Shown piece by piece: positions 33,811 through 46,712 of a stretch of DNA of 64,000 bases; position 1 is the first letter of the stretch; each line of letters opens with the position of its first letter. This stretch comes from Paramoeba atlantica (taxonomy: Eukaryota; Protista; Discosea): NCBI GenBank assembly GCA_977017575.1, contig CDRNVI010000189.1, positions 37,247-101,246 on the forward strand, in the 5' to 3' direction. Both the position numbers and the translations under genes were made by a program. Under the pieces are notes generated by a model. The model searched no databases, was not told the DNA's origin, and was given only the letters and a program-made list of their open reading frames with translations.

Positions 33811-36212
33811 ATGTTATTTCGATTGGTTTTGGTCTTTCTTTTCTGCGCTCGTTGGTCTGTGGGAGAGCGACAATATTGCCATCCTGGTGAAGATTGCTGG
33901 CCTTCATCTGATGAAGTCCAAAAACTTGTGAATTCTCTTGATCCATCCGCTCCTCGTTTTTACTACTGGCAAGGTATCTTTCCTCTTTGAACGATTCTTT
34001 TTTGGATGACGCAACTTCAAACAAAACTTGAGAGATGAGAGAGAGAGAGAGAGAGAGAGAGATTGAAGAGAGAGATTGAAGAGAGAAAAAGAGGGGTTGT
34101 GTTGGTTGGTGTTGATTAGGGTTGGTTTTGAATGAATACTTATTTTTTTTCTCTCTCTTTTTCATCAGGTCCAGGATATCGACGTGTTGGTCCAACTCCA
34201 ATTTTCAGCCCTAATCACCAACCACTCTTTGGACTTGGAGAACAATCAATGGATCCTCTTTATCAACCATCTGGTGATGATTTCAATACTCCTTGTTTTG
34301 CTCCCACTCCATCATCACCACCACGACTTTCCAAGGATTCCCCTTCTCTCCCATTTGGATCTTCTTCTTCTTCTTTCTCTCCATCTTCTTCTTCTTCTCT
34401 TTATGATGAGATGGATTTGAGTTCTGAAATATCAGGATTTTATGGTTCAGATTATTGTCGTGCATCAACTCGAAACAATCCATTGAATGGATCTGTTCCA
34501 GCGTTTGTTGTTTGGCCTCTCACCGTTCAACATATTCAAACATTAATCCAGTTTGCAAATGATCATGATCTTTGTGTTTCAGTTGCTGGTTTCTTTTTTC
34601 TTTTTTCTTTCTTCTCTTTTCTTTTCTTTTCTTCTCTTTTCTTGTAAAATTGAATTCTCAAAAAAGAAATAAATTAAAAATGACAAAAAAAAATAGGAAC
34701 TGGACATGACTACCTGAACAGACACAGTTGTGAAGATTCTCTTTTCATTCGAATGGGACTTTTTAAAGATATTGAATGGGTTGATGGTGATCAAAACCAC
34801 TTGCGAATTGGTCCTGGAAACGTGTTTGATGAACTTCAAGCTTTTGCTATCACTCGTAATCGTTATATTGCGAGTGGTTGGGTTAAGTTTTGTGTCTTTC
34901 ATTTTTACATTTTATTTTCGATTTATTTTCGATTTATTTTCGATTTATTTTCAATTTATTTCTCTTTTATTTCTCTTTTCTTTTTTTCTTTTGGGTTTTT
35001 TTTTTTCTTTTGGGTTTTTTTCTCAAATTTTTCTTCCAATATCAGCACTGTTGGGATTGTGGGTTGGAGTATTGGAGGAGGACATGGTCCTTTTGCTCCT
35101 TCTGCTGGTCTTGGTGTTGATAATGTTGTTGAGGTTTCTTTTTTATCTTCTCTCTCTCAAATCTCTCTTACCTACCACCACTCCCCCTCTCACCCTCTCC
35201 TCTCTTCTTTTTTTTTGTTTTTGTGAGGTTTCTTAAAAACGATAATGATTGATTGTTTTTGAAAAAGGTGGAAATGATCACCGCTGCTGGTGATGTTCTT
35301 GTTGCAAACTCCCAACAAAATACTGATGTGTACTGGGCACTTCGTGGTGGAGGAGGATCAACTTGGGGAATTATCACATCAATCACAGTTCGAACTCACG
35401 AAAACCCTGCAGAAGGTGTCACAACATCTGCTTCAGTGTGGAGTGGGACCTTTTGTGAACGAGGACCAAACAATTTGGGTTTCTTTGAAAAACTGATTAC
35501 TGAGTACATTCAATGGACCCTTGATAAAGACACACGTTGGGGAGGATATGCGTACTTCATTACTCGAAAAAGCGATTCTACTGCATCATGTGGAGTGAAT
35601 TGGTTTAGTTGGATCAACTATGTTTTCCAAGGAGCTGAGACTGATCCTGAATTTCAATACGCTTTGAATAATTTGAGTGCTATTGGTGGAATTCATGAAA
35701 CCAATACCTCTCATTGGGACAGCTGGGCCCAGAGACTTGAAATCGAAAGAGTCGACCCAATCTATCCTGTTGAAGCTTGGCCAATTATTCCTGGAGATAC
35801 TGTTGGTGGGATTCCTTCAACGACTGTAACTCGTGAATTTGCAACAAATGGAACTCTCGCTGAATATGTGATTGGTCAGGTGATGCAATGTAAAACAACA
35901 GGAAGATGTGGGTTTCAGCAGTTGTATCAAGATATCACTGGAAATATTGGATCTCAACAACCACAAAATGTCTCAATTTCAGAGGGAATGAGATCTGATC
36001 TTTTTCATTATGCTCTCGATTTTACAACAACCCAAAAGCAACTTCAGGAGGCTTTGCGTTTGGGTCGTGGTGCTTATTTTAGTGAAAGTGCGCTCGAAAT
36101 GCCCAACTATGAGGAAGTCTATTGGGGTGAGAAGAATTACAAGACTTTGAGGGAGATCAAAAAGAAAATTGACCCAACTCAACGTTTTTGGTGTCGCCAT
36201 TGCGTTCAATAA
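33811..36212 (+). CDS. Secreted FAD-linked oxidoreductase (PCMH FAD-binding plus BBE domain), copy 1 (multi-exon)
   Basis: Signal peptide; CHPGEDCWPS; VA|GTGHDYLNR (covalent-FAD His motif); TVGIVGWSIGGGHG; WALRGGGGSTWGI; GAYFSE..YWG..Y..L..IKKKIDP. Confidence 0.9.
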
Positions 36213-36601
36213 ATTGTTCTTTGAACTCTTTCAATTTTATTATGCTCGTTCTTCGTCTTATTTCTCTTCTTCTTTTCTAGCTTATTTTTCAAAACAAAAG
36301 ATGGCATTTTTTTTGAAGAGAAAAAGAAGGAAAATCTACAATCCCAGACACTAGAAACTTGAGAATGGGGAGGAGATATTCCCCAACAGGAATGCAAATT
36401 ACTTTTTTTTGTTAAATCGCCAGCCGAATCGCCAGCCAGCAAACCAAGCAAAATTCATGACCAATTGGTGTAAATGGAAGTTTCTTGAATCAACTCGGCA
36501 AAGGGTTGAGTGAACAAATAACGTTCTTCAAAAAAAACCTTTTGAAATAAGTTAAGAATTTCAAGAAACAAAAATATAAGAAACAAAGAAAAACCTTGTT
36601 T

Positions 36602-39145
36602 CTATTCTCTCCTTTCACTCTCCAATTTTCTTCTCTTTTCTCCCCCTTCTTGTTCTTCCCTCTTTCTTTTCTTCAACTCTGCTTCTCCCCCCACTTCCTC
36701 TTCTTTTCCCATTTCTTCTTCCTCTTTCTCTGACTCTCCCTTCTTTTTTCCAAGAAGGATTTTTTGTTCCAAATTCGATCCCAATGTTGCTAAGACCTCT
36801 GGACGAATTTTATTTGCTGAAAGCCTAAAAAAAAGAAAACTGTTTTGAGTTCTAATTCAAAGAAGAAGAGGAACAAAACAACATACTCCAGAAAAAGAAT
36901 AGTATTATTTTCTTGCAAAAGTTGTTCAAATTCTTTGCCAGTTTTATCGCTTAAACGATTATCTGCCAACCTAAAAATAATTAGATTCAAGATCGACTCC
37001 GATCAATCACAAAAAGTAAAAATCCACTCCATAAAAACAAATTGGAATCTCCACAAACAACCAAAACAACACATAACTTCAAATAATACATCACAACACA
37101 ACCTTGGATCAAAGAAAGATTGTCAAAAAGAACAAAATCAAAGAAATATCTAAACCAGAGCTCTTTCAAAGAAGTATTTTGGCGCAAAGATTGAGCTAAT
37201 GCCACACCCCCTTCATCTTTGATCATGTTCCGATCCATTCTATACATCTCTTCATGAGAAAATATTGGAAGAAAAAAGAAAGGAGATCAAGGAAAGGAAG
37301 ACCTGAGCATTGTTAAAGATTTGTTTGTACTGAGACACTCTGCAATTGCCTTTGCCCCATCATCTCTTATCTGACAGTGATCCAAACTTCAAAGGAAAAA
37401 AAAATGAGCGGAATGAATAAAAATCCAATGAAGAAAAAGAGAAGAAAAGGGAAGAAAAAAAACCTGAGTTGTGTGAGAGTTTGATTATGGCAAAGACATT
37501 TACTAATCTCTTTTGCTCCAACAAAAGTAATCGGATTTGCTCCCAAACTATTGGTAAAAAATCAATTCTCGATACATAATCACTCTTCTTCCTCCTACAA
37601 AAATAAATGGAATTGATTGGCTCAAGAATAACAGTACAACAATGGACACAACACTCCAACAACACTATAAAGGTTTTTCTTGAACAACAACAGCAGCAAA
37701 TCCACCAACCAATCATCTTTACCCAATACACACAAAAAAATAACCTCAATTTTTGAAGAGATGAATTTTGCATCAACATTTTTGAAAACTCTTTCACTCC
37801 TTCATCTCCAATATCATTACTATCTAACCTTTTTCAAAAATAAAAAAACTTAACTCAAATACAAAAAGGAAGAATATTGAAAGAGGAAGAAAAAGAAGAG
37901 TCAGACAATGGAAAAGAGAAGAAAGAGAGAGAGAGATACATTAAAGAAAGGAGAGTAGAATTCTTGGCTAAAGAACGAGCTATTTGAGCGGCTCCGGGAT
38001 TATGGGCACCATTTGTTCTCACACTAAAAAGAAAGAAAAATTGAGACGATTCGAAATCACTTTTGAAAAAGATTAATTTAAAAAATTGGGTGGAATGAAA
38101 GGATCAAGTGTGCCTTTTTTCCTTGATTCTTATTGAAACTCACTCTCCTGGGAGATAAAGGAGGGGGAAAACAGCTCAAGGAAAAAGGACCCAAAAATCG
38201 AACAAGGTGGCACAGCAAAAAATGGCATCTTTGAAGTTTGATACGAAAAGAATTGTTTGTGAATTTATTCTTATGTGTTGCTAATTTTTTAAATAATCGA
38301 TTCTTAATACTCTGATTGTTGAATTCTTCTGGTTCTTTCTTTTCATTATTAATCATAGTTCAAATAAAAAAGAAAAGAAACTTGAGAGATGTGAGAGTTA
38401 CATTTGAAGCTAAAGCTGCGCTGAGATGACTCATGCCATACACCCCAATATCATTGGCACTCAAACTATTTCAAAAGAAGCATTTAATGAGAGGAAATAT
38501 CACAGAAAAGATATTTTTTCTTTGTATTTTTTCTGAAAAAAATGTTATAATTGGTTCAAAAGAAAGGGGAAGAGATGGTGTTGGAAAAAGTGGGCAGAAC
38601 AAAAAGAAAGAAGGGAGAAAGAAAGATTCCAAAAAAAAAAAAAAGAAACAAACAAACTCGAGGAAAGTGAGAGGAGATTCAACTTTGAGGAGTTTACTGA
38701 TAAGTTCTGTTCCAAAATCTCCAATAGCTCTTCCTCTTAATCTACAATTCGATAATATTGATTCGAAAAAGGGTCAAGAAGATGGAGAGAAAGGAGAAAG
38801 AAAAGAATGAAAGAGAGAAGAGAGAGGGAATCGGAGAAAAAGGAAGAGAAATGAAGGAAAGGAGAGAAAAGAGAACACAAGAGAGAAGATGACTGGGTTG
38901 TCAAGAAGAATCTTGGTTAATAATTCGATTTCTTGATCTTCAATCGCTTTTTGAATTCTGAAACAAATGAATCAAAAAACATTTCAAAAAAAAACTGAAA
39001 AGAAAAAACAAAAACAAAAACAAAAACAACAACAATCAAGAGACCTCCAAGAAGAAGAGAGAAGAGAAAGAGAATATTTTTCCAAAATAGATTTCTCTTC
39101 AAACAAAAGGTCTTTTTCTCTCCCCTTCTCGTTTTCTTTGTCCAT
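36602..39145 (-). CDS. RNI-like leucine-rich repeat protein (many short exons)
   Basis: Repeated ~28-aa units: LSANDIGVYGMSHLSAALASNVTLTSL, LDSNDIGDEGVKEFSKMLMQNSSLQKL, MDRNMIKDEGGVALAQSLRQNTSLKEL, LADNRLSDKTGKEFEQLLQENNT. Start approximate. Confidence 0.75.
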
Positions 39146-39843
39146 TCTTTTTTTCAAAGTTCCCAAAGAGAAGAAGAAAGAGGAGAGAGAGAAAGTTTTC
39201 AAAAGCAAAACAATCAAAAAAATTTGAAGAAAAAAGACACAAAAAAAAACCAAAAAAAAACCAAAAAAGCCTTCGAAAAAATAGTCGCAAAAAATCTTTC
39301 TCTCATTTTGAAGATTTTGTTCCCTCCTCTTTGATCTTTCTCTTTTTATTTGGGTTCACCCAAAAACAAAACGAAAAAACATGGTTCCTCGAAAGAAACA
39401 AAAATTTGACAAAAAGATTTGGTCCCTCAGCTATCCTCGAAAGATTTCCAGAAAATGCTTCTGCGCAAATTCTTTCCTTTTTCTTTCTCGTTTTTTTTGA
39501 GTGAAGATAAAACTCAAAACATCCAAAAAACGCGGTTCCTCGAATGAAAAAAAAAGGTTTTTTTCGAAAGAAACAAAACTTTGACAAAAAGGGTTGGTCG
39601 CCCGCTATCTCCGGAGATTTCGAGAAAAATTCAGGAACTCCAAACAAAAATACCCTACTCCCGAAAAATAAATAGCCAAAATAGGCCAATGGAATAAGGG
39701 AGTGGGATATTTTTATCAATCCAAATAAGGGGGAGATGTGTTTTCTTCTTCTTGTCTTTCTCTTTTTCTCGTCCCCCTTTGTGAAAACGGTTGGGACTCT
39801 TTTTTTTTTTTGTCTTTTGGAAAGGTTTTCTTTGTCAAGCAAG

Positions 39844-40317
39844 ATGGGAGGGAAATTTGTTGGAAAAGTTATCGGCTTTTCATGTATTTTTTCGATCGCG
39901 TTTTGTTGGGCAATGACTGGTGAATTGACTCAAAATCTTCAAACACCAGGAAGTGAAGATTATTATCCCAAGGTTTTTTTTTTTTTCTTCTTTTCCAATT
40001 TTTTTTTTTTCTTTCTCTGATTTCGAAATGAAAAAAAAAAAGGCATTCTTCATTACCTATCTAACAACTTCTTCTGGGATTGTCTGGTTAATTCCGTGGC
40101 TGATTTGGAAATTTTGTGGTCTCTACATCTCAAAGTGGACACCCACAGAAAGAAAGATCAATGCAAAGAGAGAGTTTTTCTATGCCAAATGGGCACCAGC
40201 TATGATGTGTGCAATTACTGGTCTCAATTATACGTGGTACTTATCACTTAAGCATACCCCTGTGTCTGTGAATTCTGTGATCTATAATTGTGCTGCGGTT
40301 TGGAGATTTTTTTTTTG

Positions 40318-40348
<31 letters not shown>

Positions 40349-41303
40349 CATTTTTTTAATCAAAACCTTTTTTTTTTCTCCTTATTAGATTGAGGTCTTC
40401 ATCATCTCGGTCCCTTTATTGAATGAAGGAGTTTCGATTCTCAAAATTGCTGCAGTGGGGGTCTCCCTTACCGGAGTTGCGCTCATTGTCTTCCTCGAAC
40501 CATCAGATCCTGATACAGATGAAATTGAATCCACTTGGTATGGTTATCTGCTCCTCTTATTATCTTTGAGTATTTACGCTTGGCAAGAAGTCAGCATTAA
40601 GATCTTATCCTTGAAAGCCGCCAAAATCGGTTCAAAGATGGAAGACGACGATACCAATGTCGATGATGAAGAACCAATTCCTCGAGAAAAAATTCAATTT
40701 TTCGAATCGGAACTCCAAAATCCAACTTCAAAAAAAGGAACGATCCAAGACCTTGACGACAACAGAGAAGAAACCCTTCCTTTGGTTCCCAACCAGAATC
40801 AAGATAATGATGATACAGTCACCAAGTTGGCGAATACAGCTTTCTATATTGGAGCATCTGGTTTTTGCAATATGACGATGATGGTGTGGATGGTTGTTGT
40901 GTGGAATTATGCTGGATGGGAAAAATTTGAATGGCCCTCTCAAAGTCAAACAAATCTTCTCCTCATCACTTGTGGTTTGAATGTCATAATGATGTTTTCA
41001 ATCTTTACGGGGACCGCGTTCTTGTCGCCTTTAATGGTGTCTCTTGGCTCGTTGCTTGTGATTCCAATGACTTTCCTTTTGGACTTTCTTTTCCACTCTT
41101 ACTATCCAGCACCAATCGTTTGTGTGGGAATGGTGTTGATTCTTCTGGGATTTTGTTTCATAGTCACAGCAAATGAAAAAGCGTCGAGTTATTCAGAACC
41201 CCCAACCTCCAAAAGGCCTCTCGACACGGTCCTCTACAACGTCTTTCATGAGTATCATTTTTCGAAAAATGAAGAAGAGGGAGAAAAGGAGGTTGCGGCT
41301 TGA
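39844..41303 (+). CDS. EamA/DMT-superfamily transporter, SLC35F-like (3 exons)
   Basis: About 10 hydrophobic segments; NYTWYLSLKHTPVSVNSVIYNC; LNEGVSILKI; SPLMVSLGSLLVIP. Confidence 0.85.
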
Positions 41304-41595
41304 TCAATTTGGAAGAGATTTTCAAATGGAAAGTTCCTTCTTTTCAAAAAAAGAAAAAAGTCGGTCAAACGTTCAATTACCACACCTCACCACCCTCTTC
41401 ACTCGTCCTCTCTCCAAAAAGAAGAGAAGAACAAGGAAGAGAGAAAAACAAAAAAAAATGACGTTTTGGCTTTGTAGAAAATAAAGAGCTCTTTTTTTTT
41501 AGCTTTTTTTTCGTGTTTTTTTTTTCTCTCTTTTTTTCTCTCTTCGTCTTTGGCGAAAAAAAGAGAGACTTTCTTGAAAGAAAAAGAAAAAAAAA

Positions 41596-43621
41596 ATGGA
41601 CAGAACTGATAACGACCATCTTCATTTTGCTGTTTTGGAGTATTTAGGGCAATTGCGTGATCAAACAAAAGATGAAGATGTTTCAGGTCTTTTGATTTTT
41701 TTTCCTTCCCTTTTTTCCTTATTGTTTTTTTTCTTTCTTTTCTTCTCATTTCTCCTTTTAGCACAGTACACAGCTTCTATCCAATGTTTGGAATCAGTTT
41801 TTCAACTTTCTCTTTCCAATGTCTCTCTGAAAAGCAAGCACTCTCTCTTCCCCCAATCTCTTCCCTCGGTCTTTCAGAAGGGTCTTTCGGAAGAGGAAGA
41901 TGAAGAATTTAAAAAGAAATTTCATCTTTACATCGAAAAGTTGAATGCTCGAAAGTACTTTGATGTTCCTGCTGATGAGTACAAGATTCGTTTTGAGAAA
42001 GCCAAGTTAAAATTTAAAGAGAATTATGAAAAAAGTATCAAATCAAAGAAAGTGGAAGGAGGAAAGGAAAAGGAAAAGGAAGGAGAGAAAGAGGTCGTCG
42101 AAAAAGTTGTCACTGAGGAAGATAAAGCAAAAGCTGCTGGTTTGAAAAATCAGGTTCTTTTTGGTTCTTTTATTTTTCAAAAAGAAAGATATTCTCTCTC
42201 CTCTTCTATCTTTCCTTCATTCCCCTCTCTTTGATCCTCTCTTCTCTTTTGTTTTTGTGCACCCCCCAAAAAAAGACATTTTTAAGATCAAACAAAAACT
42301 TCTTCTTCATTCACAACTCCACCTAAATGCCAAAAAAAAACAGGGAAATGAAAAACTGCAACAAGGAAATTTTTCCGAGGCTGTACAATTGTATTCAGAG
42401 GCGATTGGGTTAGTTCCTTCTGAAAGCATTTACTATTGCAATCGAGCTGCTGCTCTCACCCATCTCCAACAACATGAAAAAGTATATTTCTTTAATCTTA
42501 TTTTGAAATCATTTTCTTTTTTTTTTTTTTTTGTTTTTGTTTTTTTAATTTTTGAGGGATAATAGGCACTTGAAGATTGCCAAAAAGCGATTCAAATTCA
42601 ACCTGGTTATTCGAAAGCTCACAGTCGAATGGGGTTTTTCTTTCTTTCTCTGTTATTTCACTCACTGTCTCAATTAATTTATTGAATACAAAAAAGAAAA
42701 AGACTGAAGATTTTTTTTCCTTTCTTTTTTAGATTGGCATACTTTAACTTGGGAAAATATCAACAGAGTGTCGAAAGTTACAAAAAGGCTCTTGAATTTG
42801 ATCCAAATAACAGCCAAATTAAACAGGCCTTAGAATCGGCTGAACAAAAGTTGCGTGAACAACCAGTCGCACAAGTATAATTCTTTTTCCTTTTTTTTGG
42901 TGTGATGAACTTTGATTGAATTGAATCAAAATAGGCCTCCTCTGGACCACCAAGCCAGCCTGATTTCTCGGCTCTTTTAAATAACCCGGCAATCAGCTCA
43001 ATGGCCCAAAACTTTGCTCAGTCAATGGCAGCTGGTAAAAAATTACTTTCAATTCAGAACAAGAAAAACACAAATAAGTTGACCTCTTTCTTCAAGGTGG
43101 ACCACCAGGAGGTGCGGCACCAGGTACTCCAGCAGAAGGCGCGGCACCAGGAGGTGCAGGAGCGGAAGCAGGAGCGGAAGCAGGAGCGGGAGCGCCTCCT
43201 CCAGGAATGCCAGATTTATCTCAACTGATGCAAAACCCTCAACTTCAGCAGATGGGTATGTGTTGTCTTGTTCTTTTTTTTGTTTGCTGTTCTTTTTCTC
43301 TTTTTTTGACACAAAATCGTTTTTTCAGGTTTGTCTTCTCTTATGAGTGACCCAAATATGATGTCGACAATGCAACAAGCAATGAATAATCCTGCTATTC
43401 AATCAATGTTCTCATTCATTCTAAATCTTTCTTTCTTCTGATTTATTTCCTCTATGCTCAGCAAAAGCTTTCTTTTTTTCAGGGTTCAGAATTTGATGCA
43501 AAATCCTGAGGGGTTAAACAGTCTTCTTGGCTCACTTCCACAAACACCACCACCAGCCCCAAATTCTGGTCAAAATAGCTCTGGAAATTCTGACCCTTCT
43601 CCTCCTCCTTCAAATGAATAA
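41596..43621 (+). CDS. SGTA: Small glutamine-rich TPR co-chaperone (SGTA/Sgt2) (multi-exon)
   Basis: N-terminal dimerisation motif (AVLEYL..ASIQCLESVF); three TPRs (LKNQ|GNEKL..YSEAI..YYCNRAAA; AHSRMG|LAYFNLGKY); C-terminal NNP/MQNP repeats. Confidence 0.88.
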
Positions 43622-43858
43622 TCATAATAGTAATAAAAATAATCATAATCATCACAATAATAATCAATGAAAATTCTTTCTCTCTTCCCCAAAGTACCAG
43701 AAAAAAAAAAAAAATCCCTCACCTATTTTTCTTTCCCCTCCTTCAACAACCGCGCACCTTCTTTTTTCTTTTTCTTTCTTGTGTGTGTGTTGTGTTCTTT
43801 TTCTTTTTTTTTCTTTTCCTTTTTTCTCTTCTTCTGTTTTAGGGTGGCGCAGTTCACA

Positions 43859-44491
43859 ATGAGCATTAACCAGTACGATGTTGCTCGTTTCGTCCAAGAA
43901 GTCGGTTCCGTCTTTGAGACTCATTGGGATCTGAACCAATTTCAACGTGAGTTAAATGCGTATGCAAACTTCTTTGATCAATCAGACTTCGATGACAACT
44001 CCGAATTCATTGATGGTTTGACCACTCGTTTGCGATCGAGCTACGAAACTTTCTCGCTCGAAGAAGGTGATATTCGTCAACTTGAAGGGATTCATCAAAA
44101 GATCAGAGATAACTCTCAATTGCTCAGTTCCAAGTTGCAAACAATCCCTCCTGCCCAGGAGAAAAAGAGAAAGGAAGTAATTGCGCTCTCTCAAGAAGGA
44201 TCTCACGAGGAGATCAAGCAATTTATGTTGTTTCACCAAGAAGAACGAAGGAAATTGGATGAGGAATTCAAAGAAGTTGAGAGTCAATTGAAAGAGGCAG
44301 AAGAGGAACTCCAAGTTCGTTTAAAGAAAGAGAAAGAGTTTTGGGAACGAGAACATGAACAAATTTTTAAAAGAAACCAAGAATCTGTCCAGGAATTCTC
44401 AGAACGATACAAATATCTTCATGACCTCTGGGTAAAAGAACAAAAAGAGGAAGCGGCGAAGCATCTCACTCCTCAGTTGGAGGAATCGTGA
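43859..44491 (+). CDS. Hypothetical coiled-coil protein (~210 aa)
   Basis: Intronless ORF from ATG 43859; E/K/Q-rich helical C-terminal half. Confidence 0.6.
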   Translation: MSINQYDVARFVQEVGSVFETHWDLNQFQRELNAYANFFDQSDFDDNSEFIDGLTTRLRSSYETFSLEEGDIRQLEGIHQKIRDNSQLLSSKLQTIPPAQEKKRKEVIALSQEGSHEEIKQFMLFHQEERRKLDEEFKEVESQLKEAEEELQVRLKKEKEFWEREHEQIFKRNQESVQEFSERYKYLHDLWVKEQKEEAAKHLTPQLEES

Positions 44492-44855
44492 GAAGAGAGA
44501 GAGAGAGAGAGAAAGAAGTTATTGAGTTATTGTGTTGTGTCTGTTGTGTTGTGTGTGTGTTGAAGAAGAAATTCTTTATTTTTTGAAAAACTTGACAACA
44601 GAAAAAGATAGAATAATTTTTGATCATTTTTTTTCAAACCCTTTTCTTCTCTTTGCTTTTGTTTTATTCTTTTCTACCTTCACCAAATGTGATACTCGAT
44701 CCAACAAAAAAAAATCTTTTCACTCGATTGTGTGAGAAGTGGATTTCTTTTGAAGGCAAAATTGAACAAACACAAAGAAGAGGCTGATGATCTGTCCACC
44801 CCGTGTTTGTCTTTCTTTTGACAAGGAGAGAGAGACAAGAGCTTGTTGTGTGTTT

Positions 44856-46418
44856 TTAGTTGATGGGTTCATACTCATCACGCTCTTTTTTCTTTTGGTA
44901 AGCGACATAACCAACTCCAAGAAGAACCAGGATCGCAAGAAGAGCTCCAATTGTGATAGCAATGATCGCCCATGTTTTCAATCCGTTGTTTGGACTCTTG
45001 GGAGATGGCGGAGGACTTGGTGATGGTGGTGGGCTTGGGCTTGGTGATGGGGTGGGGATTGGTGTGGGAGGAGGGGAAGGTGAAGGAGGAGGGGAAGGAG
45101 AGGGGAAAGAAGAAGGGCTTGGCATTGGGGGTGTAGAAGGGAAAGGAGAAGGAGTAATGGAAGGTGAAGGAGTAGTGGATGGAGAAGGGGACGTGGAAGG
45201 AGAAGGAGAAGAACCCGTGGAAGGGGAAGGAGACATGGATGGAGAAGGAGATGCAGAAGGAGAAGGAGAAGAACCTGTGGAGGGAGAAGGGGACGCGGAA
45301 GGTGAAGGAGACGCAGAAGGAGAAGGAGAAGAACCTGTGGAAGGGGAAGGAGACATGGATGGAGAAGGAGATGCAGAAGGAGAAGGAGAAGAACCCGTGG
45401 AAGGGGAAGGAGACGCGGAAGGTGAAGGAGACGTGGAAGGAGAAGGAGAAGAACCTGTGGAGGGAGAAGGGGACGCGGAAGGAGAAGGAGACGTGGAAGG
45501 AGAGGGAGAACCTGTGGAGGGAGAAGGGGACGCGGAAGGTGAAGGAGACGCGGAAGGAGAAGGAGAAGAACCTGTGGAGGGAGAAGGGGACGCGGAAGGA
45601 GAAGGAGAAGAACCTGTGGAAGGGGAAGGAGACGCGGAGGGAGAAGGGGACGCGGAAGGAGAGGGAGAAGAACCTGTGGAAGGAGAAGGGGAAGCAGAAG
45701 GGGAAGGGGTAGTGGAAGGGGAAGGAGAAGCGGAAGGGGAAGCAGAAGGAGAAGGAGATGTAGAAGGAGAAGGAGATGTAGAAGGAGAAGTGGAAGGAGA
45801 AGGGGCAGCAGAAGGAGAAGGAGATGTAGAAGGAGAAGGAGAAGCGGAAGGAGAAGGGACTGTGGAAGGAGCTGGAGAAGGACTGGGTGCAGTAGGAGTC
45901 GGAGTAGGAGTTGGGGTTCGAGTAGGAGTTGGAGAGGGAGAGGGAGAGTTGGGTGGCTCAATTGAACATCCTGGACCAAGAATTGGGTTGTTCGTTTCTG
46001 GGGGGTATCGATAAGTCTTACCACTTGATGGATCTGTCCATTCATAGTAACTCTGAAAATTCTTATAGTCACTAGAATTCCATTTTGCATCTTTGATCTC
46101 TGCTGTGACTGGCATCTCAATGACACTCACAGATCCAGCAGAATATTGACACCCTGTTTGGCCATTCTGGTGATTTATATGCTCACAAGTATTTCCTTGA
46201 TTGCAACCACAAGTTACAGTTCCTCCAAGATCTGGACAAACATAAAAAAAGAGAGGGGTAAAAGTTGAGGGATTGGCACCATCTTGGACAAGCGAGTATC
46301 TCACATCGCTTCCATCACCTTTGATATCGTCGACTGTCGATTGGATATGAACAAATTCGTTCGTTTGTGACTGGACAAGAATAACGAAGAGGGAGAACAA
46401 GACGAACGAACGAAACAT
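44856..46418 (-). CDS. Type I membrane protein: signal peptide, Cys-containing N-domain, Ser/Pro stalk, TM helix, short tail
   Basis: 520-aa ORF; ~330 aa of SPSPS(A/T/M) repeats; [27 protein letters not shown]; tail ends YEPIN. Confidence 0.9.
   Translation of the reverse strand: MFRSFVLFSLFVILVQSQTNEFVHIQSTVDDIKGDGSDVRYSLVQDGANPSTFTPLFFYVCPDLGGTVTCGCNQGNTCEHINHQNGQTGCQYSAGSVSVIEMPVTAEIKDAKWNSSDYKNFQSYYEWTDPSSGKTYRYPPETNNPILGPGCSIEPPNSPSPSPTPTRTPTPTPTPTAPSPSPAPSTVPSPSASPSPSTSPSPSAAPSPSTSPSTSPSPSTSPSPSASPSASPSPSTTPSPSASPSPSTGSSPSPSASPSPSASPSPSTGSSPSPSASPSPSTGSSPSPSASPSPSASPSPSTGSPSPSTSPSPSASPSPSTGSSPSPSTSPSPSASPSPSTGSSPSPSASPSPSMSPSPSTGSSPSPSASPSPSASPSPSTGSSPSPSASPSPSMSPSPSTGSSPSPSTSPSPSTTPSPSITPSPFPSTPPMPSPSSFPSPSPPPSPSPPPTPIPTPSPSPSPPPSPSPPPSPKSPNNGLKTWAIIAITIGALLAILVLLGVGYVAYQKKKERDEYEPIN
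45000..45950. repeat. Coding tandem repeat ([14 protein letters not shown]-type units)
   Basis: Imperfect ggagaagg-based tandem units inside the 44856..46418 CDS. Confidence 0.9.
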
Positions 46419-46712
46419 CTTCTTTCGAAAAGGCGTGTTAATTCCTTCAGAAAGATTGATTTGAACTTGAATTTCTCTTTGAGGCTCAGATTGAAACTCA
46501 AAAAGAATTCACAAAAACTTTTTGCGAGAAAAAAAAAGGCAGAAACCTATCCAAAAGGGGTTTGGCGCTTTTGCATTTTTTCTTTTTCTGATTTACCGTT
46601 TTTTTGATCATCTTTTTTATTCAAAGAAAAATAAAAAGACTCAAGGACTTTCGACCCTCTTTTCACGTTTGGTTGCTTTTGTTGCAGATTTATTGATTCT
46701 CTCAAACAATGC

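Noticed and set aside
43667-43858. Phe-rich N-terminal extension of ORF 43667..44491 as a TM region
   Set aside because: It derives from T-rich intergenic sequence right after the SGTA stop; ATG 43859 starts the protein-like portion.
45000-45950. CRISPR-like array
   Set aside because: Contiguous coding tandem repeat without unique spacers, no cas genes, eukaryotic context.
44953-46126. Long GEGE-rich, poly-Leu and K/E-rich ORFs (44953..46014, 44978..46126, 45179..45712)
   Set aside because: They are shadow frames of the Ser/Pro coding repeat; only 44856..46418 has a signal peptide, TM helix and paralog support.
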